From NCBI GenBank assembly GCA_034667685.1, contig JAXDQU010000118.1:1-64000 (forward strand): a stretch of DNA of 64,000 nucleotides, read 5' to 3'. A program made the position numbers and the translations under genes. The stretch's first letter is position 1. Every line of letters starts with the position of its first letter. This document shows positions 46,543-55,825 of this stretch, one piece after another. This stretch comes from Thermoplasmata archaeon. GTDB taxonomy: Archaea > Thermoplasmatota > SW-10-69-26 > JACQPN01 > JAJPHT01. Below the pieces are notes generated by a model. The model worked only from the letters and a program-made list of their open reading frames with translations. It was not told the origin of the DNA and did not search any database.

Positions 46543-46773
46543 GTGGCGAGCGCGGAGGCGCGGGTATCCACTGAGTCCGGGCGAGCGCACGCCCACGCCG
46601 TCAGCATCCTGGCGCGCGAAGCCGTCGCCCTGGCGCGCGAAATCCAGCACGGCCTTCCCCACCCCGACCCCGCCGTGGAGCACGCCGCCGCCCTCGCCCG
46701 TGAGACGGCCGCGACCCTGGAAGTCCTCTGCCAAGGCCCCGCCTGCCCCTCCGAAGCGTACCGGGAAGCCTAG
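46543..46773 (+). CDS. Small hypothetical protein
   Basis: 76-aa helical ORF with GC3-biased codons. Confidence 0.4.
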   Translation: MASAEARVSTESGRAHAHAVSILAREAVALAREIQHGLPHPDPAVEHAAALARETAATLEVLCQGPACPSEAYREA

Positions 46774-46970
46774 CCGCGATCAGCGCCGCCAGCGTCGCCT
46801 TGGCCGTCGCCAAGCAGGCCCTCGCGGACCAACGCAACCCGCCCCCGACGCCGACCTGCCGGCTTCAGGTGGAATAGCCCCCGGCGCGCCGCCCCCTGGG
46901 GGCACCCATGAACCTTTCCACTCCATCGGGGCTTTCGGGTCAGCCCGGCGTTTTTCGGGTCGGCGGTGAG

Positions 46971-46994
46971 TTTAGGGTCAGAGCCAGACGCGCA
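46971..46994. repeat. Right TIR + right TSD of the transposon
   Basis: TTTAGGGTCAGAGCC|AGACGCGCA. Confidence 0.92.
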
Positions 46995-47046
46995 GGAGAA
47001 TGCTTATGGCCGCCCCAGGTTACTCCGCGGCCCCGGAGGCTGCTCC

Positions 47047-48450
47047 ATGCGCCTGATCGTCCTCGTCGTCGCGGCGCTGCTCACCCTCCCCGCCATCGGC
47101 AGCATCGGCCCGCAGGCGCGCCCCGCGCAGAAGGACGACCCCTTGGCCGACGTCCCGGATGGCGAGCTGATCCGCCTCCTCGCGCTGCACGAAGGCATCC
47201 AGGCCCGCCACGAGCCCCCCGCCCTCGTTCCTCCCGGCGCCACCGTCGCCTCCCTGGGCGCCAAGCTCGCAAGCCGCGTCGGCATCCCCGAGACGCCCGC
47301 CGACTTCGCCGGCTTCGCCACGCTCGACCCGCGCGTCGCGGGCCCGCTCCTCGCCGGCCTCGCGGGCGTCGACCGCGCCTGGGACCTCCGCGACCTCGCC
47401 TTCGCCAAGCTCACCCGCGCCCAGCAGGTCCGCCTCGAAGACCTCGCCCTCGCCCACCAATTCGACAGCGAAGAATACGCCCAGCTCGACGCCCAGGTCG
47501 ACAAGGCCGCCCTCATCGACAGCGCCATCGTCCTCGCCGACACCCTCGAAGGCATCGTCATCCCCGAACTGAAGGCCGCCATCGACGCCGGCGCCTGGCC
47601 CACCACCCCCCTCGCCGACCCCGGCGTCCAAGGCATCGGCATCCTGCGCCTCGGCGGCGCAGCAGGCGGTGAGACCGAGACCGTCGACCGCGTCCTCCAG
47701 ATGGACCCCCACGGCGGCGACACCTACCTCAACAACGCCGGCGGCACCACCTTCTACAAATATCTCAACGCGCTGGGCACCCAGCTAACACCCGGGATCC
47801 TCGTCTCCGCGAGCGTGCACTTCGAAGGGCATGACGTGTTCCGGGCGCAGAATCTGTACACAACCACCTGCTGCCCATCGCAAGGTGGTGCGCTGGCGGG
47901 GCCGGCGATGCTTCTGGATTTGGGCGGAGAGAGCTCATATTCGTGTGGTCAGTACTGCCAGGGCGGCTCGGGGCAGGGCCCCGCAGTGCTGCGGATCTAT
48001 CAAGGAAATGCGTCATTCGTAGTCGGGCCGTTCAGCGCTGGCGGCGCGGCTGGCCCGAGTCTATCCCCTGTTGCCGGGAATATCGGAATTCTAAGGCATG
48101 ACCGAGGAATGACGACGCTAGACACCGATTCCGAATCCGCTGGCTGGGCGGGGGCTCCAGGCGCGATCGGACTGCTCTGGCTGGGCACCGGCGAGAAGTC
48201 CTACAAGATGCGCTTCGACAACTATGACCTCCTCGGGTATAGTGCAGCAGGTGGAGATGGCTGGCTTTTGGACGAGGGCTCAGGCCCAGCCGTGTTCGTT
48301 GATGGGGAAGGTGCCCCATTCAATATTCGCTGTCAGGACTGCATCATGCGCAACGGCGCCCCCTCTCCCATCGATGGTACCGTCCATGGCATCTTTTCTG
48401 ACAACAGCGGTGGGCTCGGCGAGCTCCTCCAAATCGGCTATCTCAACTAA
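47047..48450 (+). CDS. Secreted protein with DxxGxDxY-like Gly-rich repeats
   Basis: Signal peptide MRLIVLVVAALLTLPA from ATG 47047; DPHGGDTY, DLGGESSY; TATA-like CTTATGG upstream. Confidence 0.8.
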   Translation: MRLIVLVVAALLTLPAIGSIGPQARPAQKDDPLADVPDGELIRLLALHEGIQARHEPPALVPPGATVASLGAKLASRVGIPETPADFAGFATLDPRVAGPLLAGLAGVDRAWDLRDLAFAKLTRAQQVRLEDLALAHQFDSEEYAQLDAQVDKAALIDSAIVLADTLEGIVIPELKAAIDAGAWPTTPLADPGVQGIGILRLGGAAGGETETVDRVLQMDPHGGDTYLNNAGGTTFYKYLNALGTQLTPGILVSASVHFEGHDVFRAQNLYTTTCCPSQGGALAGPAMLLDLGGESSYSCGQYCQGGSGQGPAVLRIYQGNASFVVGPFSAGGAAGPSLSPVAGNIGILRHDRGMTTLDTDSESAGWAGAPGAIGLLWLGTGEKSYKMRFDNYDLLGYSAAGGDGWLLDEGSGPAVFVDGEGAPFNIRCQDCIMRNGAPSPIDGTVHGIFSDNSGGLGELLQIGYLN

Positions 48451-48516
48451 CACGGCCTGAGGCCCCAAGGGCCGCGATCGCACCTTTGATCCGTTACCGG
48501 ACCCATCGGGGAGCCA

Positions 48517-51500
48517 TTGGCGGCTTCGTTTGTCCTGGAGTCTGTTATCGTAGCGATGATCATGATCGGCAGCGTCGTCTACGTCTCGACGCTGGATGCT
48601 CCCGTGAATCGCGAGGAGGCCATCGACGCCGATCTTCGGCAGGCTGCCATCGACTTCCTGAATACAGCGAACGACGAGCCCCTCCCCCCGTCCGCATGCG
48701 GGGGCTCGACCAATCTTGAGCAACTCGTGATAGACGGTTTCCGCGGGAACGACAAGGCCTGGGATGCTCGGCGCGACCTCTTCTTCGCCAAGGGTGTCGA
48801 CGCCGATATGTATCTCGACAACGGCTACGGGCTGTATCCGCTTCACGCACGCGGGGATTTCATGGGGACTACAGCGGACGTCACAGTCCAGCCCAATTTC
48901 TCGTATGTCTTTCACACGCCTCAATATGATCCTCTTACTGGAACAGAGAATTTCCGATCGCGGGAAGCGACCATCATGCACTCGAAATTGGCGCGCATTT
49001 CGGGTGACGCCGGGCTGACTACTGTGCTATCTTCAAATGCGGCCGGTATCACAATGGAAGTTAGTGCTGCGTTTCCCATCGCTGTCAATCGAAGCTCGAC
49101 TGGGGTTTCGGCCTTGGATTGGCTGGACTATCAAGGCTCGCCTAGGTCAATCCTCGGGGCATCTGCAGGATCGGCGTCCACCCTTTACCTCAGGGCACGG
49201 CCCGGCCCGTCGAATGTCATTCCAGCGGGATCGACAGTCCGGCTCTCGCTTTTTCCTGGGTGGCGCGCGGAGCCAACGGCAGCTGCTGGATGGCGCGTGG
49301 ATGTAGCAAATGGAGAGCCGTCATTTGTCGCAACGGACGACCTCGTCGGATCGCACGTTATGAAAGTCGAGGTCGTCGCCCCCTCCACCCCCCTTCACCC
49401 CTTCGACGTCATCCGCGCGCAGGCTTACAACAGCAGCTTCGCGCATGCGGATCTGGTCGTGCAGTATCAGGTGAGCACAGACTCGACCCTCCCCAGACAG
49501 CTCTACCTGACGACGCCGTATCCGGTCTTCCGGGGGCAGGATGCAGATTTCGCGGTGACGCTCGCGAACGGCGCGGAGAACGTGACGGCGCGGAACGTGA
49601 CGATCGCGATCCCGGGCGGGTACGATGCGGCGCACAATGGGAGCCGCGGGGCGGAGCTGTTCAACGACACGGTGTGGGATGCGGGGGCGGGCGCGTGGGT
49701 GCCGCGGACGATCGACTCGGGGGACGGCGGCGTCTGGACGGTGTGGGACAAGCGCCATGCGTCGTGGTCGGGCGTGCGCGAGGTGGCGCCCTTCGAGGCG
49801 CAGGCGTGGTCGGTGAGCCTGCCGATCACGGACGCGCCGGAGGTCGTCACGTCGGTGGACGCGACGTTCCACGCGCTGCCGGGCGTGAACGTGACGTTTC
49901 CCAACGGGTTCAGCGAGGGCGCGACGCAGTGGGGCGCGGTGCCGGGGCTCGTGTCGCTCGACGTGCCCAACGAGACGGTCGACGCGCTCGCGGCGCCGCC
50001 CCGCGGGAACGCGGACGGCTATCCGCACGACGCGGGCGCGACGTCGGGCGCGTTCACGCTGCGCTCGACGGCCTCTCGCGCGCCGCCCGCGCTCTCGGGC
50101 TCGTACGGGCTCGCGGCCGCGGATCCGCACGCGGCGCAGACGGAGTCGAGCCTGGCGAACTCGACGTTCGGCGTCTCCTCGCACGTGGCGCGGCTGGGCA
50201 CGGACGTGACGCTCTCGGGCGACGTGCAGAGCCTCGTCTCGTCGCTGCCGCCCGAGGCGCTGGGCAGCGCGCGGCTCGGCCTCGACCTCTACGCGCCCCC
50301 GAGCCTGGGCTGCGCGCCCACGGCCAGCTTCGCGTGGAACGTCAACACGCTCCCCGCGCCGCAGGTCAACGACCTCGCCGTCTGGCATGCGGGCGGCGCG
50401 GCCGGTGATATCGTCTTCGTGGCGTCGAACGACAGCACGGTCTATGAGGTCCTGCCGGGCGGCGCGCCGGGCTGGAAGCTCCAGCCGCCCGCGGCGCCCG
50501 CGCGCCTGGCGCTGGACGCGGTCGCGGGGCGCGAGGTGCTCTTCGTGGCCGACCAGGGCGGCGCGCTGAGCGCCTACGACGCGGCGGACGCGACCCCGCT
50601 CTGGACGACGCGCATCGGCACGGGCGCCCCACAACCGCCCCTGCCCAACGCGACCACGGGCGTGCTGCTCGCCGCGGCCGGCCCGACGATCGCGCGCCTC
50701 GACGAGGCCACCGGCGCGATCCTGGCAGCCGGCGCGAGCGCGGCGCCGCTCCTGGACCAGATCGCGCTCGGGCCCGACGGGGGCGCGTTCGCGCTCTCGA
50801 CCGACCCGACGCGCGGCATCTCCACGCTGGAGCGCCTCGACGCGAGCCTCGTCGCGCGGGCCAGCGCGCGGGTCGACGGCGCGGGCTTCGCCGTGGGCTC
50901 GGCGGGTGTGCTATCACTGGGCGCGGTCGGCTCGGGATCGTCCCTGGGCTCGCTCGCGGTCACGCTCCTCGATCCCCAGACGCTCGCGCCCCTGCCGCCC
51001 ACGGGCGCCGAGGTGCCGCTGCCCTGGCGCGCGGTGGCGGGCGACGCGACGGGCGACGGCGTGCCCGACCTCGTCGTGGCGGCCAACGACGGCCAGCTCG
51101 ACGCCATCGACGGCGCGACGGGACGCGAGGCATGGCGGCTGGAGACGAACGCGCTGCGCGGATCGCTCCTGGGCGAGGGGCCGCTCTCGGGGCAGTACGG
51201 CGGAGGCTCGGGCGGGCTGCCCTGGCCCACCGAATGCGTCGTCGGGTTCCGCGCCTTCAGCGTCAGCGAATCCCAGGCCACGGGCTGCGTGGGCATGCAG
51301 GTGGACGAGCTCGCCTTCCAACCGCTGCTGACCGTCGCGGCGCGCGGCCACACGCTCTACGTCGTCGGAAGCGAATCGAGCAACCAGGCCATCGCGCTCC
51401 TCCTCGACGCCCACGGCAACGTCTCGTGGCGCAAGGGCACCACGTCGGGCTTCGTCACGACGGCAGGCCTCCTCGACGCGTACGCGGGGACCGAAGCCAC

Positions 51501-51804
51501 GCTCCTGGGCGTGCAGGACGGCACGGTCGACGCCTACGCCGACACGCCCGACGCCGCCACGCTCCTCGCCGCGCACCCGAGCAGCGCGGTGGGCTCGTTC
51601 GTCTTCCCGCTCCACGTGCCCGCCGGCGCGGCCTTCGGCACGCACCTCGTCACCGCCACGCTCACCTGGCAGGACGCAGGCGGGACGCCGCACCGCGCGC
51701 AGATGCTCGACTGGTTCGACGTCGTGGACCCGCAAGGGAACCCGGTCGACGAGCCCTTCTACCGCGTCGCGCTCGTGCTGGCGGACCGCGCCCACGCAGG
51801 CTAG
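48517..51804 (+). CDS. Large surface protein, pilin-like N-terminal helix plus PQQ/FG-GAP-like beta-propeller
   Basis: N-terminal FVLESVIVAMIMIG; LSAYDAA...LW, GDATGDGVPDLVV and AIDGATG..AW repeats. Confidence 0.8.
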   Translation: MAASFVLESVIVAMIMIGSVVYVSTLDAPVNREEAIDADLRQAAIDFLNTANDEPLPPSACGGSTNLEQLVIDGFRGNDKAWDARRDLFFAKGVDADMYLDNGYGLYPLHARGDFMGTTADVTVQPNFSYVFHTPQYDPLTGTENFRSREATIMHSKLARISGDAGLTTVLSSNAAGITMEVSAAFPIAVNRSSTGVSALDWLDYQGSPRSILGASAGSASTLYLRARPGPSNVIPAGSTVRLSLFPGWRAEPTAAAGWRVDVANGEPSFVATDDLVGSHVMKVEVVAPSTPLHPFDVIRAQAYNSSFAHADLVVQYQVSTDSTLPRQLYLTTPYPVFRGQDADFAVTLANGAENVTARNVTIAIPGGYDAAHNGSRGAELFNDTVWDAGAGAWVPRTIDSGDGGVWTVWDKRHASWSGVREVAPFEAQAWSVSLPITDAPEVVTSVDATFHALPGVNVTFPNGFSEGATQWGAVPGLVSLDVPNETVDALAAPPRGNADGYPHDAGATSGAFTLRSTASRAPPALSGSYGLAAADPHAAQTESSLANSTFGVSSHVARLGTDVTLSGDVQSLVSSLPPEALGSARLGLDLYAPPSLGCAPTASFAWNVNTLPAPQVNDLAVWHAGGAAGDIVFVASNDSTVYEVLPGGAPGWKLQPPAAPARLALDAVAGREVLFVADQGGALSAYDAADATPLWTTRIGTGAPQPPLPNATTGVLLAAAGPTIARLDEATGAILAAGASAAPLLDQIALGPDGGAFALSTDPTRGISTLERLDASLVARASARVDGAGFAVGSAGVLSLGAVGSGSSLGSLAVTLLDPQTLAPLPPTGAEVPLPWRAVAGDATGDGVPDLVVAANDGQLDAIDGATGREAWRLETNALRGSLLGEGPLSGQYGGGSGGLPWPTECVVGFRAFSVSESQATGCVGMQVDELAFQPLLTVAARGHTLYVVGSESSNQAIALLLDAHGNVSWRKGTTSGFVTTAGLLDAYAGTEATLLGVQDGTVDAYADTPDAATLLAAHPSSAVGSFVFPLHVPAGAAFGTHLVTATLTWQDAGGTPHRAQMLDWFDVVDPQGNPVDEPFYRVALVLADRAHAG

Positions 51805-53234
51805 AACAACGTCGCCTGCGCCGTCTTGCGCGTGACCTCGCCGGGGATCTCGACCGGGTAGATGCCGGTGAGGCAGCCGGTGCAGAGGTTGCGGGGCTCG
51901 TGGCCGATGGCGGTCTGGAGGCCGTCGAGCGAGATGTAGCTGAGCGAGTCGGCGCCGATGAGCTTGCGGATCTCGTCGATGCTGTGGTTGGCGGCGACGA
52001 GTTGGGTGCGCGTGTTCATGTCGATGCCGAGGTAGCAGGGCGACTTGATCGGCGGGGAGCCGATGCGGACGTGGACTTCGGCGGCGCCTGCGTCGCGCAG
52101 CATCTGGACGATGCGGCGCATGGTGGTGCCGCGGACGATGCTGTCATCGACGAGGACGACGCGTCGGCCGCTGACGACGGCGCTGACGGGGTTGAGCTTC
52201 ATGCGCACGCCCATGTCGCGGGCCTGCTGGCTGGGCATGATGAAGGTGCGGTGGACGTAGCGGTTCTTCATCAGGCCTTCGGCGAAGGGGATGCCGGAGG
52301 CGCGGCTGTAGCCGAGGGCGTGGGTGCGTCCGGAGTCGGGGACGGGGACGACGACGTCGGCGTCGGCGGGCGCTTCCTTGGCGAGGAGCTCGCCGATCTT
52401 GGTGCGCACGTCGTGGACGGGGCGCTGGTCGATGACGCTGTCCGCGCGCGCGAAGTAGACGTACTCGAACATGCAGTGGGCGACCTCGTGCTGGTTGAGG
52501 TCGGGGTAGGACTTGACGCCCTGGGCGGAGATCTCGAGGATCTCGCCGGGCTTCACGTCGCGGACGAGCTTGGCGTCGAGGATGTTGAGCGCGGTGCTTT
52601 CGGAGGCGACGACCCAGCCGTTGCCGTCGCGCAGCTCGCCGTAGCAGAGGGGCTTGATGGCGAGCGGGTCGCGCACCGCGTAGACCTTCTCGCCGAGCAG
52701 GATGACGAAGCAGTACGAGCCGGTGAGGTGCTTCATCACGCTGCGGATGGCGCGCGGCACGTTCTCGGTCTGGGTCAGCTCGTTGGCGAGGAGGCGCACG
52801 GCGACCTCGGTGTCGTTGGTGGTGAGGAACGCCCATCCCTTGGCCTTGAGGTCCTCGCGCAGGACGGCGCTGTTGACGACGTCGCCGTTGTGGGCGAGGG
52901 CGAGGGTGCCGCGTTGGCCTTCGACGACGACGGGCTGCGCGTTGTCGAGGTGGCTTCCGCCGGTGGTCGCGTAGCGCACGTGGCCGATGCCGACGTGGCC
53001 GGTCAGCTCGGCGAGCGTCTCGGGGGCGAAGATGGCGTCGACGAGGCCCATGGCCTTGCGGGTGCGCGTGGCGCCCCCGTCGTGGACGCTGATGCCGCCG
53101 GATTCCTGGCCGCGGTGCTGGAGCGCGTGCAGCCCGTAGTAGAGAAGGGGCGCGGCGGGGACCTTGGCGGCGACGCCCACGACGCCACACTTGTCCTGGA
53201 AGACCTCCTCGCCGTCGGCAAGCTCGGGGTCCAA
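51801..53234 (-). CDS. purF: Amidophosphoribosyltransferase
   Basis: DKCGVVG propeptide/Cys1, LQHRGQES, GHVRY, CMFEYVYFAR, VDDSIVRGTT. Confidence 0.98.
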   Translation of the reverse strand: MDPELADGEEVFQDKCGVVGVAAKVPAAPLLYYGLHALQHRGQESGGISVHDGGATRTRKAMGLVDAIFAPETLAELTGHVGIGHVRYATTGGSHLDNAQPVVVEGQRGTLALAHNGDVVNSAVLREDLKAKGWAFLTTNDTEVAVRLLANELTQTENVPRAIRSVMKHLTGSYCFVILLGEKVYAVRDPLAIKPLCYGELRDGNGWVVASESTALNILDAKLVRDVKPGEILEISAQGVKSYPDLNQHEVAHCMFEYVYFARADSVIDQRPVHDVRTKIGELLAKEAPADADVVVPVPDSGRTHALGYSRASGIPFAEGLMKNRYVHRTFIMPSQQARDMGVRMKLNPVSAVVSGRRVVLVDDSIVRGTTMRRIVQMLRDAGAAEVHVRIGSPPIKSPCYLGIDMNTRTQLVAANHSIDEIRKLIGADSLSYISLDGLQTAIGHEPRNLCTGCLTGIYPVEIPGEVTRKTAQATLF

Positions 53235-53266
53235 TCAGTGCCCTCGGCGGCCCATGTCCGCTTCCC

Positions 53267-53316
53267 CTATAAAAAGCGGGGGGCGGCCCCTCGGGGCAGG
53301 CGAACCGCTTTTATAG
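53267..53316. promoter_or_regulatory. Back-to-back archaeal BRE/TATA promoters for purF and hsp20
   Basis: CTATAAAAAGCGG (53267-53279) and CCGCTTTTATAG (53305-53316) form an inverted pair in a GC-rich background. Confidence 0.75.
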
Positions 53317-53339
53317 AAGTCCTCGTTTAGGGGCGCTCG

Positions 53340-53960
53340 GTGAGCCCGGTGACGCCCCCCGAGGATCCCTTCGACGCCTGGCGCAAGCGCGGCCTCAACC
53401 CGCGCGACCTGCCGGCCTTCTTCGCGGAGTTCGAGAAGGAGTTCCCGGACTTCTTCCGCGACTTCGAGCGCGAGTTCGCGCGCATGTCCGGCATGATGGA
53501 GCGTGTCATGGAGGACGCGATGAAGCACGCGAGCAGCCCCCGGCGCGGGGAGCCCTTCGTCTACGGCTTCAGCATGCGCGTGGGCTCGGACGGCGTCCCG
53601 CACCTGACCCCCTTCGGCTCGGCGATCAACCAGACGCCGATCACGCCCGAGGGCGGCGAGATCGACGCGACCGCGCTCCCCGCCGCCCGCGAGCCGTTGA
53701 GCGACGTCATCGAGTCGGACGACGAGATCACCGTCACGGTCGAGCTGCCCGGCGCCGAGAAGCAGGACCTCCAGCTCCACGTCGCGGAGGACCTCGTCAC
53801 GGTGAAGGCGGAGAAGGGCCGGCGCTACGCCGCCCGCATCAAGCTACCCGCGCTGGTCGAGCCAAGCTCGGCCAAGGCCACGTTCAAGAACAGCATCCTG
53901 GACCTGGTGCTGCGCAAGAAGCCCTCGCAGACCGCGGGGGCGAAGGTCCACATCGAGTAA
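53340..53960 (+). CDS. hsp20: Archaeal small heat-shock protein Hsp20
   Basis: [36 protein letters not shown]-terminal VHIE. Confidence 0.95.
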   Translation: MSPVTPPEDPFDAWRKRGLNPRDLPAFFAEFEKEFPDFFRDFEREFARMSGMMERVMEDAMKHASSPRRGEPFVYGFSMRVGSDGVPHLTPFGSAINQTPITPEGGEIDATALPAAREPLSDVIESDDEITVTVELPGAEKQDLQLHVAEDLVTVKAEKGRRYAARIKLPALVEPSSAKATFKNSILDLVLRKKPSQTAGAKVHIE

Positions 53961-53980
53961 CATTCGCAAGGTGAACGAAC

Positions 53981-55600
53981 ATGCAGGGCAACCAGCCGAT
54001 CATCATCATGAAGGAAGGCACGACGCGGACGAAGGGCCGCACCGCGCAGAGCAACAACATCCTCGCGGCGAAGGCCGTGGCGGAGGCCGTGCGCAGCACG
54101 CTCGGCCCGAAGGGCATGGACAAGATGCTCGTGGACAGCATGGGCGACGTCGTCATCACGAACGACGGCGCGACCATCCTGAAGGAGATCGACGTCGCGC
54201 ACCCCGCGGCGAAGATGATCATCGAGGTCGCCAAGACCCAGGAGAACGAGGTCGGCGACGGCACCACGACCAGCGTCGTCCTCGCGGGCGAGCTGCTCCG
54301 CCAGGCTGAGGACCTCATCGAGGACGTCCACCCCACGATCATCACGCAGGGCTACCGCATGGCGGTGGGCAAGGCGCTCGAGATCCTCAAGGGCATCGCC
54401 CACACCATCAAGCCCAACGACAAGGACATGCTCCTGCGCATCGCGCGCACGTCCATGGCCAGCAAGGGCGCGTCGGCGTACAGCGACGTGCTCGCGGACG
54501 TCACCGTGCGCGCGGTCCAGGCGGTCGCGGAGCATGGCGCGGACGGCAAGTGGGTCGTCGACAAGGACGCCATCAAGATCGAGAAGAAGACCGGCGGCTC
54601 CGTCCAGGACACCGAGCTGGTCCTGGGCGTCGTGCTCGACAAGGAGCGCGCCCACACGCGCATGCCCAAGACCGTGCGCAACGCCAAGGTCGCCCTCCTC
54701 AACGCCGCGCTGGAGATCAAGAAGACCGAGGTCGACGCGAACATCGAGATCACGGAGCCCAGCCAGTTCCAGGCCTTCCTCGACGAGGAGGAGCGCACGA
54801 TCCGCAAGTTCGTCGAGTACGTCAAGAACAGCGGCGCCAACGTCGTCTTCACCCAGAAGGGCGTCGACGACCTCGCGCAGCACTTCCTCGCCAAGGAGAG
54901 CATCTTCGCCGTGAAGAGCGTCGCGGAGAAGGACATGAAGAAGCTCGCCCGCGCCACCGGCGCCAAGATCGTCAGCAACGTCAAGGAGCTCACCAAGGAC
55001 GACCTGGGCCAGGCGGGCCTCGTCGAGCAGCGCAAGATCGGCGACGACGAGCTGACCTTCATCACCGAGTGCCCCTCGGCGAAGGCCGTCACCATCCTCT
55101 GCCGCGGCGGCACCGAGCACGTCATCGACGAGGTCGAGCGCACCCTCGACGACGCGATCGGCGTGGTCACCACCGCGATCAAGGACGGCCAGTTCGTCGT
55201 GGGCGCCGGCGCCCCCGAGATCGAGGTCGCCCTGCACCTGCGCAAGTACGCCGCCACCGTGGGCGGCCGCGAGCAGCTCGCCATCGAGGCGTTCGCCGAC
55301 GCCGTCGAGATCATCCCGCGCACCCTCGCCGAGAACGCGGGCCTCGACGCCATCAACGCGCTCGTGGACCTCCGCAGCGCCCACGAGAAGGGCCAGAAGC
55401 ACGCGGGCATCAACCTCGACAGCGGCAAGGTCGAGGACATGCTCGCCCACAACGTCATCGAGCCCCTCCGCGTCAAGACGCAGGCCCTCCAGAGCGCGAC
55501 CGAGGTCGCCACCATGATCCTGCGCATCGACGACGTCATCGCCGCCAAGGAGTTCGAAGCTCCGAAGGGTGGCGGTGGCGGCGAGGACATGGACTTCTGA
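53981..55600 (+). CDS. ths: Thermosome (group II chaperonin) subunit
   Basis: [34 protein letters not shown]. Confidence 0.98.
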   Translation: MQGNQPIIIMKEGTTRTKGRTAQSNNILAAKAVAEAVRSTLGPKGMDKMLVDSMGDVVITNDGATILKEIDVAHPAAKMIIEVAKTQENEVGDGTTTSVVLAGELLRQAEDLIEDVHPTIITQGYRMAVGKALEILKGIAHTIKPNDKDMLLRIARTSMASKGASAYSDVLADVTVRAVQAVAEHGADGKWVVDKDAIKIEKKTGGSVQDTELVLGVVLDKERAHTRMPKTVRNAKVALLNAALEIKKTEVDANIEITEPSQFQAFLDEEERTIRKFVEYVKNSGANVVFTQKGVDDLAQHFLAKESIFAVKSVAEKDMKKLARATGAKIVSNVKELTKDDLGQAGLVEQRKIGDDELTFITECPSAKAVTILCRGGTEHVIDEVERTLDDAIGVVTTAIKDGQFVVGAGAPEIEVALHLRKYAATVGGREQLAIEAFADAVEIIPRTLAENAGLDAINALVDLRSAHEKGQKHAGINLDSGKVEDMLAHNVIEPLRVKTQALQSATEVATMILRIDDVIAAKEFEAPKGGGGGEDMDF

Positions 55601-55701
55601 GACGCGCGCCGCGGCGCCGCGTCGAAGAAGTCCATGTGAGGCCGATCCCGACGGCGGCTTCAGCCGCCGGAGAGGCTTCGGCCGAAACATGGACTTCTGA
55701 G
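55587..55701. repeat. Triple 12-mer (direct + inverted) with internal hairpins in the thermosome 3' region
   Basis: ACATGGACTTCT at 55587 and 55687, its complement AGAAGTCCATGT at 55626; hairpins CGGCGGC-ttca-GCCGCCG and GGC-ttcg-GCC. Confidence 0.8.
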
Positions 55702-55825
55702 GCCCCGCGCAGCATAGGCTCGGGCCGCTCCGCGGCCCTTCCCTTTCTTTTCGCATACTATTGTCGGGTTACTGTTAAGTCCGGGCGCCAAGGTGCTCAA
55801 GTTCGTGCGCGGGGGTCGAAGGGGC

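Larger units (their letters stand above)
28180..46985. mobile_element. 18.8-kb cargo-carrying DDE transposon (IS5/IS903-like ends)
   Basis: Perfect 15-bp TIRs GGCTCTGACCCTAAA (28180-28194) and TTTAGGGTCAGAGCC (46971-46985); 9-bp TSD AGACGCGCA (28171-28179 and 46986-46994); one internal DDE transposase. Confidence 0.92.

Noticed and set aside
28180-46985. Composite transposon or provirus
   Set aside because: No IS copies at either end, and no integrase, capsid or packaging genes recognised inside.
51132-53330. 732-aa plus-strand ORF
   Set aside because: Antisense shadow of purF.
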